From Anthoceros angustus (Eukaryota > Plantae > Anthocerotophyta), in contig VJWM01000063.1 in the NCBI GenBank assembly GCA_010909165.1, positions 930,001 to 994,000 of the forward strand: a stretch of DNA of 64,000 bases. Direction: 5' to 3'. Below the pieces are notes generated by a model that worked only from the letters and a program-made list of their open reading frames with translations, searched no databases and was not told the origin of the DNA. The position numbers and the translations under genes were made by a program. Positions 10,776 to 25,409 of the stretch are shown one piece after another (position 1 is the stretch's first letter; each line of letters starts with the position of its first letter).

Positions 10776-12728
10776 ATGCAAAGAGGTGTGGCTTCGTGCG
10801 AGGCGAATGGCGTGTGTGTAGTTAATGGCGATGGGAGCAACTCTCGCTACCAATGCCGGGTTTGTAGTTAATAGCATGGCTTCGAACTTGAAGCCGTTGC
10901 ATCAATCCTCTAAGTTAAGGAGGATGAAGGATGGCGGGGAAGTAGTACGTGAGGCGATTTGCCCATGGAAATCGGAGAAGAAATGGAGCCCAAGGCTTAG
11001 TAAATGGTAACGGGTGCCAACTCAAAGTGCGAGCAATGCTCCAAGGAATCGAGAAACATGGGCGATTGAGGCGGTCAATTTTTGGGGTAGCAAGTGGTAA
11101 TGGGGCAACAAATGGTAATGCCTCTTATGATGGCAAGAGGAGAGTGAAGCACCTTTCAGCAAGGACACAGTGATGGCTTGGGAGAAGCGGCTCACACTCA
11201 AAAGTACCACACGGTGGTGAGTCTCCTTTGGATGAGCCCAAGGCCAAGGGTGCTACCGTGTGGTGAAGACGGTGTGAAAATTGTGTCCCTTCAAGAAACC
11301 CGAATGATCTTGAACCCTCACCGCCACTTAGAGTCGGAACTTCATATAAGGATGCAGACTTGCACTTCACGTTCAAGTGAGGCCTCCGCATGCTGGTAGT
11401 AAGCTAAAGGACACGAGATAGCGAGCCTCTTCCACATCAACAGTGAAAGTGCTAATGTGGTGAAGAATGTAAGTCGATGAGGCGGGACGTCATGACAAAG
11501 TGAACGCAGAGAAAAATGTCATTGTTCATGGGAAGAGGTGGGCCAATGTGGGCGACAAACCTCCCGTGTTAGGGGAGAGAATTATGAATGGAATCTCCAA
11601 CAAGGTTGTTCAAAGCTAGTGAAAATGGTCACAAGACAAAGCAAAGTAATGGAGTGGACCGCATAGCCACAAACATAATGGAGTGTTCAAGGGTTTGCGA
11701 AAATGAAGGGTGGATCCAAGGCACGTGAAGAGAAGAAGCAAATGCCCAAAGTGGGCGGATCTCCGCCAAGGTCTATGATAATGGTCAAGCACCGGGCTTG
11801 CAAGTCATAGTGACGATGTGTATCGGGCAATTGAGACAGCTTCTATGGTGAAGGAGTTGTCCAAAATGGTGGCGTGGCCTCATAGTGGATAGTAATGGTC
11901 ATCATGTCATTGAGGCGAGCATGAGCCATGCATCTACCCCAAGCACCGGGCTTGCAAACGGTCATAGTGACGATGTGTATCGGGCAATTGAGACAGCTTC
12001 TATGGTGAAGGGAGTTGTCCAAAATGGTGGCGTGGCCTCATAGTGGATAGTAATGGTCATCATGTCATTGAGGCGAGCATGAGCCATGCATCTACCCCAA
12101 TCGAGGCTGCGACAAGCAGGTGAGTGGAATATCACGTTTGGTACTATAGCTGAATGTGACATAAAGGCATTAGTTGAGAATACAAGTTCAGAGATGGTGA
12201 AAGGAGTTATAGCCCTAAAGCCATCGGTGAAAGTAAGGAACATGTTAAACCTTCCGCAGATTGGTTCAAATAGTATAAACGATGATGAGGGGCAATTTCT
12301 TGCAAAGGCAATTCCAGATAGTGGGGCAGCCACATTTCAACATTTGTGAGAAGGAGGAGACATATATACCTCGAGAGATATCTTGGTGCGATCAACGTGG
12401 AGGAAGCTGAAAATAGTCAACCTAGATCGCACCTAACCGTCATGCGACAATAAAACTTTATTGGCTCTACCTTTCACTCCTCCATCTGACTCCTATTCGG
12501 AAGACCGGCTTTCCAACGCCATGTGACAACAGTTACTCCAGTGCAAGGTGGCCTTGCTCCTCCCAACTGCCACCTCGGTCTCGATCGCAGCCTTGACCCC
12601 TCTTTTCTCAAGTGTTCAGCTAGTGGTGGTGTCGACAAGGCAAGGGTCTTGGACGGAAGAGGGTGATCATGAACCCTAACGCCATGGAATACATCCCAAG
12701 GTCAAAGAGGCCCTTGTTGTCCCTTTAA
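10776..12728 (+). CDS. Array gene copy 2 (contains a 154 bp internal duplication)
   Basis: Same start (ATGCAAAGAGG) and stop (CCCTTTAA) context as copy 1; frameshifted. Confidence 0.55.
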
Positions 12729-15700
12729 GGATGCTGGAATTGGTGAGGCATAGCATGCGAAGGTGTTGAACGAGAATGATGGCAAAGATCTCCGTGAGGG
12801 AATTCCACATCGCATAAAGATCCATTCGCCATGTTTAATGATTATTAGAGAGTGCAATGTTTGATGATTATTAGAAAGTTTGCGCAATGTTTGATGATCA
12901 TTAGAAAGTTTGTGCAATGTTTGATGATCATTAGAAAGTTTGTGCAATGTTTGGCGATTATTAGAAAGTGCAATGTTTGATGATTATTAGAAAGTGCAGC
13001 TGGCGTTATGGTCTCCAAGCTAACAAACATCTTCTCGACGCGATTAAAAGATAAAACACCCACCAAGCACAACACGAGGCTCCTGTGTAGCACAATAATA
13101 ACACTCACCAAACACAATACGAGATCCCAAGTAGCACAATATTAGCCCCAAGTAGTTCGTCGTTTCTTCTTTCTCTTTTAAGAAATGACGCGGATTTTAT
13201 CTCGAAATCCTAAATACCCAAAACTTCTCATGACTTGACAACGGCCTGCGATTTATCCGTCTTTGAAATACATACTCAAAAGGCCCCATCTACCTATACA
13301 TCGATACCGCAGAAAGTGAAGGCCTAACCCTGTTTGTATGGTACGATTGTAAGCCTCCGGCTTTCAACGCCTAACCATTGCACCTTTTTGTGCTAGAGAC
13401 GTGCTATGGTTTGGGTTTTGTATGGCAAAATCATGTGCGTGTTGAGCAAAAATCTTGGGTACAAAAAGGTATCCAACTCAATGGAACGAAGAGACTGTGA
13501 TGATATACCATGTGATACTAAGTGCTCCAATTCGGGAACCATGCCAAGACTTGTGACATTAGTTCCTACCCATCTTGGAACCATGCCAGCCATGTTACAA
13601 TTTAAGGGGCATAATTAGTAATTATGACCAAGTGCATAACAAGGCCTAATTGTTTTAGTAGTGTGAAAGAAACATCAAGGGTACGCGTTACTTTCTTCCA
13701 TGTTGTGATGAACCTACACCAAAACGCGTTTAAGCGTGTTTGGGTATCTACTTGTTTTAAAATATTTACAAGGATATTTATTTACTATTTATCCTATTTT
13801 CCAATTATAAACAATAGAGCAAGGTGCTCCAAGCCAAATGCAATTTTTCTCATCTCAATGCAATAATAGATGAAAACAATGAGCTATTAGAAACACCCTA
13901 GTTTTGTTTTCCAACAACACCCTTCCATGCATGTTTTAGTGAATTCATTCTAAACCTAAACTCACATAGCAACACACCACCATATGCAGATTGAGCTTCC
14001 ACAAAATATGCCACTACTCGGTAGCGGTTGATAACAAAAAAGGAACATGGAGGGATCTCAATATCAAGGTATGGTGTACCGTTCTCATCGGGTTTTATGG
14101 TGGTTCACGTGAAATGTTTTCCCGCGACATACGACGGAAAGCTTGTATGTCACACACTTGGTGACATCGGCCACGCAGCCATCCGCGTGTATTGTTGTCG
14201 GTAGGTGTGTGATACGCATCTTTATGCATAGAAGATGCCAAGGATTGATGCATACAAGAGGAAAATAATGTTGACACACACAACTCACGCCATGATGAGA
14301 TTGATGCATACCGAGGTGCTTCACAACATCGGAACGGGTTTACAATTGACCCAATAACCATACACACATCGAACTAGAGGCCTCCTATGTATGCGCCCGC
14401 TGTTGGGAGGCCACACATTGTGGTCCCATGGGCCATAAGCCACAACTGCGGTTAGGCCTCTAAGGGTGGTTCACAGGACCCTCATGTCAAGAGCCGTACT
14501 AGGACTTGGTCTAAACCATGTCATGGTGGCCATTTACGGTCCTCGCCGCTTCACACGGACTTGGCCTAAACCATGTCATGGTGGCCATTTGCGATCCTCG
14601 GTTTCACAACGAGCGGTGTGGGCCACCCTACTTTCACTTATTGATAAATAAAGTGAAATGTCTTAGGCAAGAGGAGGTGAAAAGGACCCTTCCTTCGCAC
14701 CAACACATTCATACCATCTTCTAGAGTCATTATATTTTGTCTTCCACCCGCTCTTGTCGGCCTTCTCTAGTTTGAGTTTATTTTAGGTTGTTAGATTTTC
14801 TATTTAAAATACATTTTATCATGTTATCCAAGATGGATCCACATACTAGGCATTTATGGATGTGTTTATTATTGGGCTTATGTTATATATTACTTTGGAG
14901 CTTTGGAGTACACATCATCCATGTGAATGGATTTGTTTTACATCCATTATGATCGGAGTCCGGTACTTTCGAGTGATCTCCATAATGCTTCATTAGAGAT
15001 TTAGCATTCGGATCCAAGACGATTCAATTCAAGATGGATGCGGTGGACGCATGAAGATGCCCGAACACATTCGTCCACTCGAAACAGCAGTCAGGCAATC
15101 CAGCTCTATCTCCTCATAATCCTATGCCATGCCTCCATCAATTCGGTAGGCCACACAACTCATACCTTCAAACCGCTAGATCCGATGGGCGTGGAACCCT
15201 AAAGTGTGTGGGAGCAAGGAGGCATGGAGCCGGCACCAGAGTATGGTAACTCGAGCGAAAGAAGAAAAGTGCAGTTCGTAAGGTCGCAAATTTGAATTGC
15301 GACAACGCATTGCGCATGCCCTAGTGTTGTGCACAATGCAATGATGCGGCCACTAATCTCTACTCAATGTGAAGACATCTCACATCTAGATCTCACTCAA
15401 CCATGGGCTGTCCGGTGGCTTGAAGGTGCTTGCCACCGCTAGGATGCCGATTCTCTATTTCATTAACCTACAAGAGTGTTTTCTAACTCTTCATAAAGTA
15501 ATACCTTCTTGGACACAGCAGCGCCCATTAAGCCTATTTTAATTTGTTTATTATGAAAGTGATTTTACTCCTTCATATCGGGATGGTCATATTTGTAAAA
15601 GTAGCTTATATTTATAATGTATATCTACTATGATTTAGACTTTCTTGTGATGCCAAAATTTATATATCGTAAAATAATGTTTCCATCAATAGCTCCTAGG

Positions 15701-16379
15701 TTGATATATGTAATTTTGGCCATGAAACCACGAAATTATGGATTTAGAGGGTTTTCATTTAGATCCAAGACGCTTTTACACCCTTCAAAGTAGTGACTAG
15801 GAGCCATCACTATTCCTAAGGAGACCTTGTTCGATGAGAAGGAAAAGGAAGTGTGGGCACCAACCGTTTCGCATTACCTTCTCACTCGACATATGCTTGC
15901 AAGCCTATAATCAAGGTGAGGCCCATACCACGTTGACTGCTAATTACAGATATTGCTCTCTCAAGATGGGAAATGCTAATCCACAAGAGGGATGCATTGC
16001 TTAACATGGAATTGCTGTAATAGGAAGTCGCCAAGAAGGGAGAGAGGATAATACTACTTAAGGAGGCTGTCCAGGAGGCTAGTAAGGTCACTTGCTCCCA
16101 CTATTATGTCTATTTTTGTCACATTAATCATAATTTGAATTAATATACAAAATAAACAAATCATATTGTCTATATATGTGATATGGCCACATGTAAATTA
16201 ATTCATTGCATTGAGTCTCTCCATATCCTATTGTCTATATATGTGATGTTGCCTAGGTGTAAATTTATTCGATCGAGTCTCGTGAAACTAGTTTGCCAAT
16301 GAAACTAGTCCCCTTTCGTGCCTTTTTCTCTCTTTCGCGTGATCCTCTCATTTTCGACAAGTCGTGATATCACCAACCA

Positions 16380-18191
16380 ATGCAAAGAGGTGTGGCTTCA
16401 GAGGCGAATGGCGTGTGTAGTTAATGGCGATGGGAGCAACTCTCTGCGCTACCAATGCCGGGTTTGTAGTTAATAGCATGGCTTCGAACTTGAAGCGTTG
16501 CAGCATCAATCCTCTAAGTAAGGAGGATGAAGGATGGCGTGAAGTAGTACGTGAGGCGATTTGCCCATGGAAATCGGAGAAGAAATGGAGCCCAAGGCTT
16601 AGTAAATGGTAACGGGTGCCAACTCAAAGTGCGAGCAATGCTCCAAGGAATCGAGAAACATGGCGATTGAGGCGGTCAATTTTTGGGGTAGCAAGTGGTA
16701 ATGGGGCAACAAATGGTAATGCCTCTTATGATGGCAAGAGGAGAGTGAAGCCTGCTTTCAGCAATGGACACAGGTCGATAGCTTGAGGCCCCGAGAAGCG
16801 GTCACACTCAAAAGTACTTCCGTGGTGAGTCTCCTTTGATGAGCCCAAGGCCAAGGGTGCTACCGTGGTGAAGACGGTGTCGAAAATTGTGTCCCTTCAA
16901 GAAACCCGAATGATCTTGAACCGCCCACCGCCACTTAGAGCTGGAACTTCATATAAGGATGCAGACTTGCACTTCACGTTCAAGTGAGGCCTCCGCATGC
17001 TTAGTAAGCTAAAGGACACGGATAGCGAGCCTCTTCCACATCAACAGTGAAAGTGCTAATGTGGTGAAGAATGTAAGTCGATGAGGCGGGACGTCATGAC
17101 AAAGTGAACGCAGAGAAAAAATGTCATTGTTCATGGGAAGAGGTGGGCCGATGTGGGCGACAAACCTCCGTGTTAGGGGAGAGAATTATGAATGGAATCT
17201 CCAACAAGGTTGTTCAAAGTAGTGAAAATGGTCACAAGACAAAGCAAAGTAATGGAGTGGACCGGCATAGCCACAAACATAATGGAGTGTTCAAGGGTTT
17301 GCGAAATGAAGGGTGGATCCAAGGCACGTGAAGAGAAGAAGCAAATGCCCAAAGTGGGCGGATCTCCCAAGGTCTATGATAATGGTCAAGCACAGGCTTG
17401 CAAACGGTCATAGTGACGATGTGTATCGGGCAATTGAGACAGCTTCTATGGTGAAGGGAGTTGTCCAAAATGGTGGCGTGGCCTCATAGTGGATAGTAAT
17501 GGTCATCATGTCATTGAGGCGAGCATGAGCCATGCATCTACCCCAAGCGAGGCTGCGACAAGCAAGTGGTGAGTGGAATATCACGTTTGGTACTATAGCG
17601 AATGTGACATAAAGGCATTAGTTGAGAATACAAGTTCGGAGATGGTGAAAGGAGTTATAGCCCTAAAGCCATCGGTGAAAGTAAGGAACATGTTAAACCT
17701 TCCGCAGATTGGTTCAAATAGTATAAACGATGATGAGGGGCAATTTCTTGCAAAGGCAATTCCAGATAGTGGGGCAGCCACATTTACGAATGATTTGTGA
17801 GAAGGAGGAGACATATATACCTCGGAGAGATATCTTGGTGCGATCAAGCATGGAGGAAGCTGAAAATAGTCAACCTGATCGCACCTAACCGTCATGCAAC
17901 AATAAAACTTTCTGCTTCGGCTCTACCTTTCACTCCTGCATCGGCTGTGACTCCTATTCGGAAGACTGGCTTTCCACTGCCATGTGGCAACGGTTACTCC
18001 CAAGTGCAAGGTAGCCTTGCTCCTCCCAATCTGGCCACCTCGGTCTCGATCGCGCTTGACCCCTCTTTTCTCAAGTGTTCACTAGTGGTGGTGTCGACAA
18101 GGCAAGGGTCTTGGGCGGGAAGAGGGTGATCATGAACCCTAACGCCATGGAATACATCCCAAGGTCAAAGAGGCCCTTGTTGTCCCTTTAA
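16380..18191 (+). CDS. Array gene copy 3
   Basis: Same start and stop context. ORF track 17797..18129 contains ATIKLSASALPFTP. Confidence 0.6.
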
Positions 18192-21100
18192 GGATGCTGG
18201 AATTGGTGAGGCAAGATAACACGAGAAGGTGTTGGAGCAGAATGATGGCAAAGATCTCCGTGGGAATTCCACATCGTACAAAGATCCATTCGCCATGTTT
18301 AATGATTATTAGAGAGTGCAATGTTGTGATTATTAGAAAGTTTGCGCAATGTTTGAGATCATTAGAAAGTTTGTGCAATGTTTGATGATCATTAGAAAGT
18401 TTGTGCAATGTTTGGCGATTATTAGAAAGTGCAATGTTGTGATTATTAGAAAGTGCAGACGTTGCATTATTGGTCTCAAGCTAACAAACATCTTCTCGAC
18501 GCGATTAAAAGATAAAACACCCACCAAGCACAACACGAGGCTCCTGTGTAGCACAATAATAACACTCACCAAACACAATACGAGATCCCAAGTAGCACAA
18601 TATTAGCCCCAAGTAGTTCGTCGTTTCTTCTTTCTCTTTTAAGAAATGACGCGGATTTTATCTCGAAATCCTAAATACCCAAAACTTCTCATGACTTGAC
18701 AACGGCCTGCGATTTATCCGTCTTTGAAATACATACTCAAAAGGCCCCATCTACCTATACATCGATACCGCAGAAAGTGAAGGCCTAACCCACTGGTATG
18801 CAGTATGCAAACCTCACTTTCAACGCCTAACCATTGCACCTTTTTGTGCTAGAGACGTGCTATGGTTTGGGTTTTGTATGGCAAAAATCATGCGTGTTGA
18901 GCAAAAATCTTGGGTACAAAAAGGTATCCAACTCAATGGAACGAAGAGACTGCTGCGATGATATACCATGTGATACTAAGTGCTCCAATTGGGAACCATG
19001 CCAAGACTTGTGACATTAGTTCCTACCCATCTTGGAACCATGCCGGGCCATGTTACAATTTAAGGGCATAATTAGTAATTATGACCAAGTGCATAACAAG
19101 GCCTAATTGTTTTAGTAGTGTGAAAGAAACATCAAGGGTAATGGCGTTACTTTCTTCCATGTTGTGATGAACCTACACCAAAACGCGTTTAAGCGTGTTT
19201 GGGTATCTACTTGTTTTAAAATATTTACAAGGATATTTATTTACTATTTATCCTATTTTCCAATTATAAACAATAGAGCAAGGTGCTCCAAGCCAAATGC
19301 AATTTTTCTCATCTCAATGCAATAATAGATGAAAACAATGAGCTATTAGAAACACCCTAGTTTTGTTTTCCAACAAATGACCCTTCCATGCATGTTTTAG
19401 TGAATTCATTCTAAACCTAAACTCACATAGCAACACACCACCATATGCAGATTGAGCTTCCACAAAATATGCCACTACTCGGTAGCGGTTGATAACAAAA
19501 AAGGAACATGGAGGGATCTCAATATCAAGGTATGGTGTACCGTTCTCATCAATGAGTTTTTATGGTGGTTCACGTGAAATGTTTTCCGCGACATACGACG
19601 GAAAGCTTGTATGTCACACACTTGGTGACATCGGCCACGCAGCCATCCCCGCGTGTATTGTTGTCAGGTGTGTGATACGCACATCTTTATGCATAGAAGA
19701 TGCCGAAGGATTGATCGTGTCTGAGGAAAATAATGTTGACACACACAACTCACGCCATGATGAGATTGGTACGCCATACCGAGGTGCTTCACAACATCGG
19801 AACGGGTTTACAATTGACCCAATAACCATACACACATCGAACTAGAGGCCTCCTATGTCTGCCGCTGTTGGGAGGCACACATTGTGGTCCCATGGGCCAT
19901 AAATGCCACAACTGCGGTTAGGCCTCTCGGGGTGGGTTCACGGACCCTCATGTCAAGAGCCGTACTAGGACTTGGTCTAAACCATGTCATGGTGGCCATT
20001 TACGGTCCTCGCCGCTTCACACGGACTTGGCCTAAACCATGTCATGGTGGCCATTTGCAGTCCCTGGTTTCACACCGACGAGCGGTGTGGGCCACCCCTT
20101 ACTTTCACTTATTGATAAATAAAGTGAAATGTCTTAGGCAAGAGGAGGTGAAAAGGACCCCTTCCTTCGCACCAACACATTCATACCATCTTCTAGAGTC
20201 ATTATATTTTGTCTTCCACCCGCTCTTGTGCGGCCTTCTCTAGTTTGAGTTTATTTTAGGTTGTTAGATTTTCTATTTAAATACATTTTATCATGTTATC
20301 CAAGATGGATCCACATACTAGGCATTTATGGATGTGTTTTATTATTGGGCTTATGTTATATATTACTTTGGAGCTTTGGAGTACACATCATCCATGTGAA
20401 TGGATTTGTTTTCGCACATCCATTATGATCGAGTCCGGTACTTTCTTGAGTGATCTCCATAATGCTTCATTAGAGATTTAGCATTCGGATCCAAGACGCA
20501 TTCAATTCAAGATGGATGCGGTAGCATGAAGATGCCCGAACACATTCGTCCACTCGAGCAACGGTCAGAGGCAATCCAGCTCTATCTCCTCATAATCCTA
20601 TGCCATGCCTCCATCAATTTTGGTAGGCCACACAACTCATACCTTCAAACCGCTAGATCCGATGGGGCGTGGAACCCTAAAGTGTGTGGGAGCAAGGAGG
20701 CATGGAGCCGGCCTGTAGCATGGTAACTCGAGCGAAAGAAGAAAAGTGCAGTTAAGGTGCAAATTTGAATTAGAGACAACGCATTGCATGCCCTAGTGTT
20801 GTGCACAATGCAATGATGCGCCACTAATCTCTACTCAATGTGAAGACATCTCACATCTAGATCTCACTCAACCATGGGCTGTCCGGGGTGAAGGTGCTTG
20901 CCACCGCTAGGATGCCGATTCTCTATTTCATTAACCTACAAGAGTGTTTTCTAACTCTTCATAAAGTAATACCTTCTTGGACCTGAGCAGGCGCCCATTA
21001 AGCCTATTTTAATTTGTTTATTATGAAAGTGATTTTACTCCTTCATATCGGGATGGTCATATTTGTAAAAGTAGCTTATATTTATAATGTATATCTACTA

Positions 21101-21846
21101 TGATTTAGACTTTCTTGAGATGCCAAAATTTATATATCGTAAAATAATGTTTCCATCAATAGCTCCTAGGTTGATATATGTAATTTTGGCCATGAAACCA
21201 CGAAATTATGGATTTAGAGGGTTTTCATTTAGATCCAAGACGCGTTTTACACCCTTCAAAGTAGTGACTAGGAGCCATCACTATTCCTAAGGAGACCTTG
21301 TTCGATGAGAAGGGAAAAGGAAGTCGGGCACCAACCGTTTCTTTGCATTACCTTCTCACTCGACATATGCTTGCAAGCCTATAATCAAGGTGAGGCCCAT
21401 ACCACGTTGACACACTAATTACGATATTGCTCTCTCAAGATGGGAAATGCTAATCCACAAGAGGGATGCAGTTGCTTAACATGGAATTCTGTAATAGGAA
21501 GCTGCCAAGAAGGAGAGAGGATAATACTACTTAAGGAGTCTGTCCAGGAGGCTAGTAAGGTCGACTTGCTCCCACTATTATGTCTATTTTTGTCACATTA
21601 ATCATAATTTGAATTAATATACAAAATAAACAAATCATATTGTCTATATATGTGATATGGCCACATGTAAATTAATTGATTGCATTGAGTCTCTCCATAT
21701 CCTATTGTCTATATATGTGATGTTGCCTAGGTGTAAATTTATTCGATTTGCGAGTCCGTGAAACTAGTTTGCCAATGAAACTAGTCCCCTTTGCCTTTTC
21801 TCTCTTCGTGATCCTCTCATTTTTCGACAAGTCGTGATATCAACCA

Positions 21847-23652
21847 ATGCAAAGAGGTGTGGCCAGTGGCGGCGAATGGCGTGTGTAGTTAATGGCGATG
21901 GGAGCAACTCTTCGCTACCAATGCCGGGTTTGTAGTTAATAGCATGGCTTGAACTTGAAGCGTTGCGAGCATCAATCCTCTAAGTCGTAAGGAGGATGAA
22001 GGATGGCGGAAGTAGTATGCGTGAGGCGATTTGCCCATGGAAATCGGAGAAGAAATGGAGCCCAAGGCTTAGTAAATGGTAACGGTGCCAACTCAAAGTG
22101 CGAGCAATGCTCCAAGGAATCGAGAAACATGGGCGATTGGAGGCGGTCAATTTTTGGGGTAGCAAGTGGTAATGGGGCAACAAATGGTAATGCCTCTTAT
22201 GATGGCAAGAGGAGAGTGAAGCACACTTTCAGCAAGAGACTGGGTCGAAGCTTGAGGCCCACGAGCGGCGGTCACTCAAAAGTACTTACACTGGTGAGTC
22301 TCCTTTGGATGAGCCCAAGGCCAAGGGTGCCCGTGGTGAAGACGGTGTCGAAAATTGTGTCCCTTCAAGAAACGAATGATCTTGAACTGCTCCATCGGCC
22401 ACTTAGAGTCGGAACTTCATATAAGGATGCAGACTTGCACTTCACGCTCAAGTGAGGCCTCGCATCGTAGTAAGCTAAAGGACACAGATAGCGAGCCTCT
22501 TCCACATCAACAGTGAAAGTGCTAATGTGGTGAAGAATGTAAGTCGATGAGGCGGACGTCATGACAAAGTGAGCAGAGAAAAAATGTCATTGTTCATGGG
22601 AAGAGGTGGGCGATGTGGGCGACAAACCTCCCGTGTTAGGGGAGAGAATTATGAATGGAATCTCCAACAAGGTTGTTCGAGCTAGTGAAAATGGTCACAA
22701 GACAAAGCAAAGTAATGGAGTGGACCGGCATAACAAACATAATGGAGTGTTCAAGGGTTTGCGAAAATGAAGGGTGGATCCAAGGCACGTGAAGAGAAGA
22801 AGCAAATGCCCAAAGTGGGCGGATCTCCGCCAAGGTCTATGATAATGGTCAAGCACAGGCTTGCGGTCATAGTGACGATGTGTATCGGGCAATTGAGACA
22901 CTTCTATGGTGAAGGGAGTTGTCCAAAATGGTGGCGATGGCCTCATAGTGGATAGTAATGGTCATCATGTCATTGAGGCGAGCATGAGCCATGCATCTAC
23001 CCCAAGCGAGGCTGCGACAAAGCAGGGTGAGTGGAATATCACGTTTGGTACTATAGCTGAATGTGACATAAAGGCATTAGTTGAGAATACAAGTTCAGGA
23101 GATGGTGAAAGGAGTTATAGCCCTAAAGCCATCGGTGAAAGTAAGGAACATGTTAAACCTCCCCCAGAGATTGGTTCAAATAATATAAATGATGTTGAGG
23201 GGCAATTTCTTGCAAAGGCGATTCCAGATAGTGGGGCAGCCACATTAATCAGATTTGTGAGAAGGAGGAGACATATATACCTCGGAGATATCTTGGTGCG
23301 ATCAAGCTGGAGGAAGCTGAAAATAGTCAACCCGAGATCGCACCTAACCGTCATGCAACAATAAAACTTTCTGCTTCGGCTCTACCTTTCACTCCTGCAT
23401 CGGCTGTGACTCCTATTCGGAAGACTGGCTTTCCACTGCCATGTGGCAACGGTTACTCCCAGGTGCAAGGTAGCCTTGCTCCTCCCAACTGCCACCTCGG
23501 TCTCGATCGCAGCCTTGACCCCTCTTTTCTCAAGTGTTCAGCTAGTGGTGGTGTCGACAAGGCAAGGGTCTTGGGCCGGGAAGAGGGTGATCATGAACCC
23601 TAACGCCATGGAATACATCCCAAGGTCAAAGAGGCCCTTGTTGTCCCTTTAA
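21847..23652 (+). CDS. Array gene copy 4
   Basis: Long in-frame pieces 22003..22455 and 22906..23364; 23443..23652 ends VIMNPNAMEYIPRSKRPLLSL*. Confidence 0.6.
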
Positions 23653-23678
23653 GGATGCTGAATTGGTGAGGCAGCATA

Positions 23679-25409
23679 ATGGCGATGGGAGCAACTCTCT
23701 TGCTACCAATGCCGGGTTTTGTAGTTAATAGCATGGCTTCCGAACTTGAAGCTGCATGCATCAATCCTCTAAGTAAGGAGGATGAAGGATGGCGTGAAGT
23801 AAGTACGAAGGCGATTTGCCCATGGAAATCGGAGAAGAAATGGAGCCCAAGGCTTAGTAATGGTAACGGGTGCCAACTCAAAGTGCGAGCAATGCTCCAA
23901 GGAATCGAGAAACATGGGTGATTGGAGGCGCTCAATTTTTGGGGTAGCAAGTGGTAATGGGGCAACAAATGGTAATGCCTCTTATGATGGCAAGAGGAGA
24001 GTGAAGCACACTTTCAGCACTGGCCGGAAGCTTGAGGCCCCGAAGCGTCACACTCAAAAGTACCGTGGTGAGTCTCCTTTGGATGAGCCCAAGGCCAAGG
24101 GTGCTACCACCGTGGTGAAGACGGTGTCGAAAATTGTGTCCCTTCAAGAAACCCGAATGATGTCTGAACTGCCCAGCCGGCCACTTAGAGTGGAACTTCA
24201 TATAAGGATGCAAGACTTGCACTTCACGCTCAAGTGAGGCCTCCGCATGCTGGTAGTAAGCTAAAGGACACAGATAGCGAGCCTCTTCCACATCAACAGT
24301 GAAAGTGAAGAATGTAAGTCGGGATGAGGCGGACGTCATGACAAAGTGAACGCAGAGAAAAAATGTCATTGTTCATGGGAAGAGGTGGGCCGATGTGGGC
24401 GACAAACCTCGTGTTAGGGGAGAGAATTATGAATGGAATCTCCAACAAGGTTGTTCAGCTAGTGAAAATGGTCACAAGACAAAGCAAAGTAATGGAGTGG
24501 ACATAGCCACAAACATAATGGAGTGTTCAAGGGTTTGCGAAAATGAAGGGTGGATCCAAGGCACGTGAAGAGAAGAAGCAAATGCCCAAAGTGGGCGGAT
24601 CTCCGCCAAGGTCTATGATAATGGTCAAGCACTGGCTTGCAACCATAGTGACGATGTATCGGGCAATTGAGACAGCTTCTATGGTGAAGGGAGTTGTCCA
24701 AAATGGTGGCGTGGCCTCATAGTGGATAGTAATGGTCATCATGTCATTGAGGCGAGCATGAGCCATGCATCTACCCCAAGCATCGAGGCTGCGACAAGCA
24801 ACAGCAGAGTGGAATATCACGTTTGGTACTATAGTGAATGTGACATAAAGGCATTAGTTGAGAATACAAGTTCGGAGATGGTGAAAGGAGTTATAGCCCT
24901 AAAGCCATCGGTGAAAGTAAGGAACATGTTAAACCTTCCGCAGAGATTGGTTCAAATAGTATAAACGATGATGAGGGGCAATTTCTAAAAGGCAATTCCA
25001 GATAGTGGGGCAGCCACATTTAACAGATTTGAGAAGGAGGAGACATATATACCTCGAGAGATATCTTGGTGCGATCAATCGTGGAGGAAGCTGAAAATAG
25101 TCAACCTAAGATCGCACCTCAGTCATGCGACAATAAAACTTTATGCTTCCTACCTTTCACTCCTCCATCTAGTGACTCCTATTCTAAGACGGCTTTCCAC
25201 CGCCATGTGACAACGGTTACTGGTGCAAGGTGGCCTCTTGCTCCTCCCAACTGCCACCTCCTCGATCGCAGCCTTGACCCCTCTTTTCTCAAGTGTTCAG
25301 CTAGTGGTGGTGTCGACAAGGCAAGGGTCTTGACGGGAAGAGGGTGATCATGAACCCTAACGCCATGGAATACATCCCAAGGTCAAAGAGGCCCTTGTTG
25401 TCCCTTTAA
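23679..25409 (+). CDS. Array gene, near-complete tandem duplicate lacking the first ~15 codons and the upstream region
   Basis: Junction GCAGCATAATGGCGATGGG returns to the 5' part of the ORF and runs to the stop at 25409. Confidence 0.5.
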
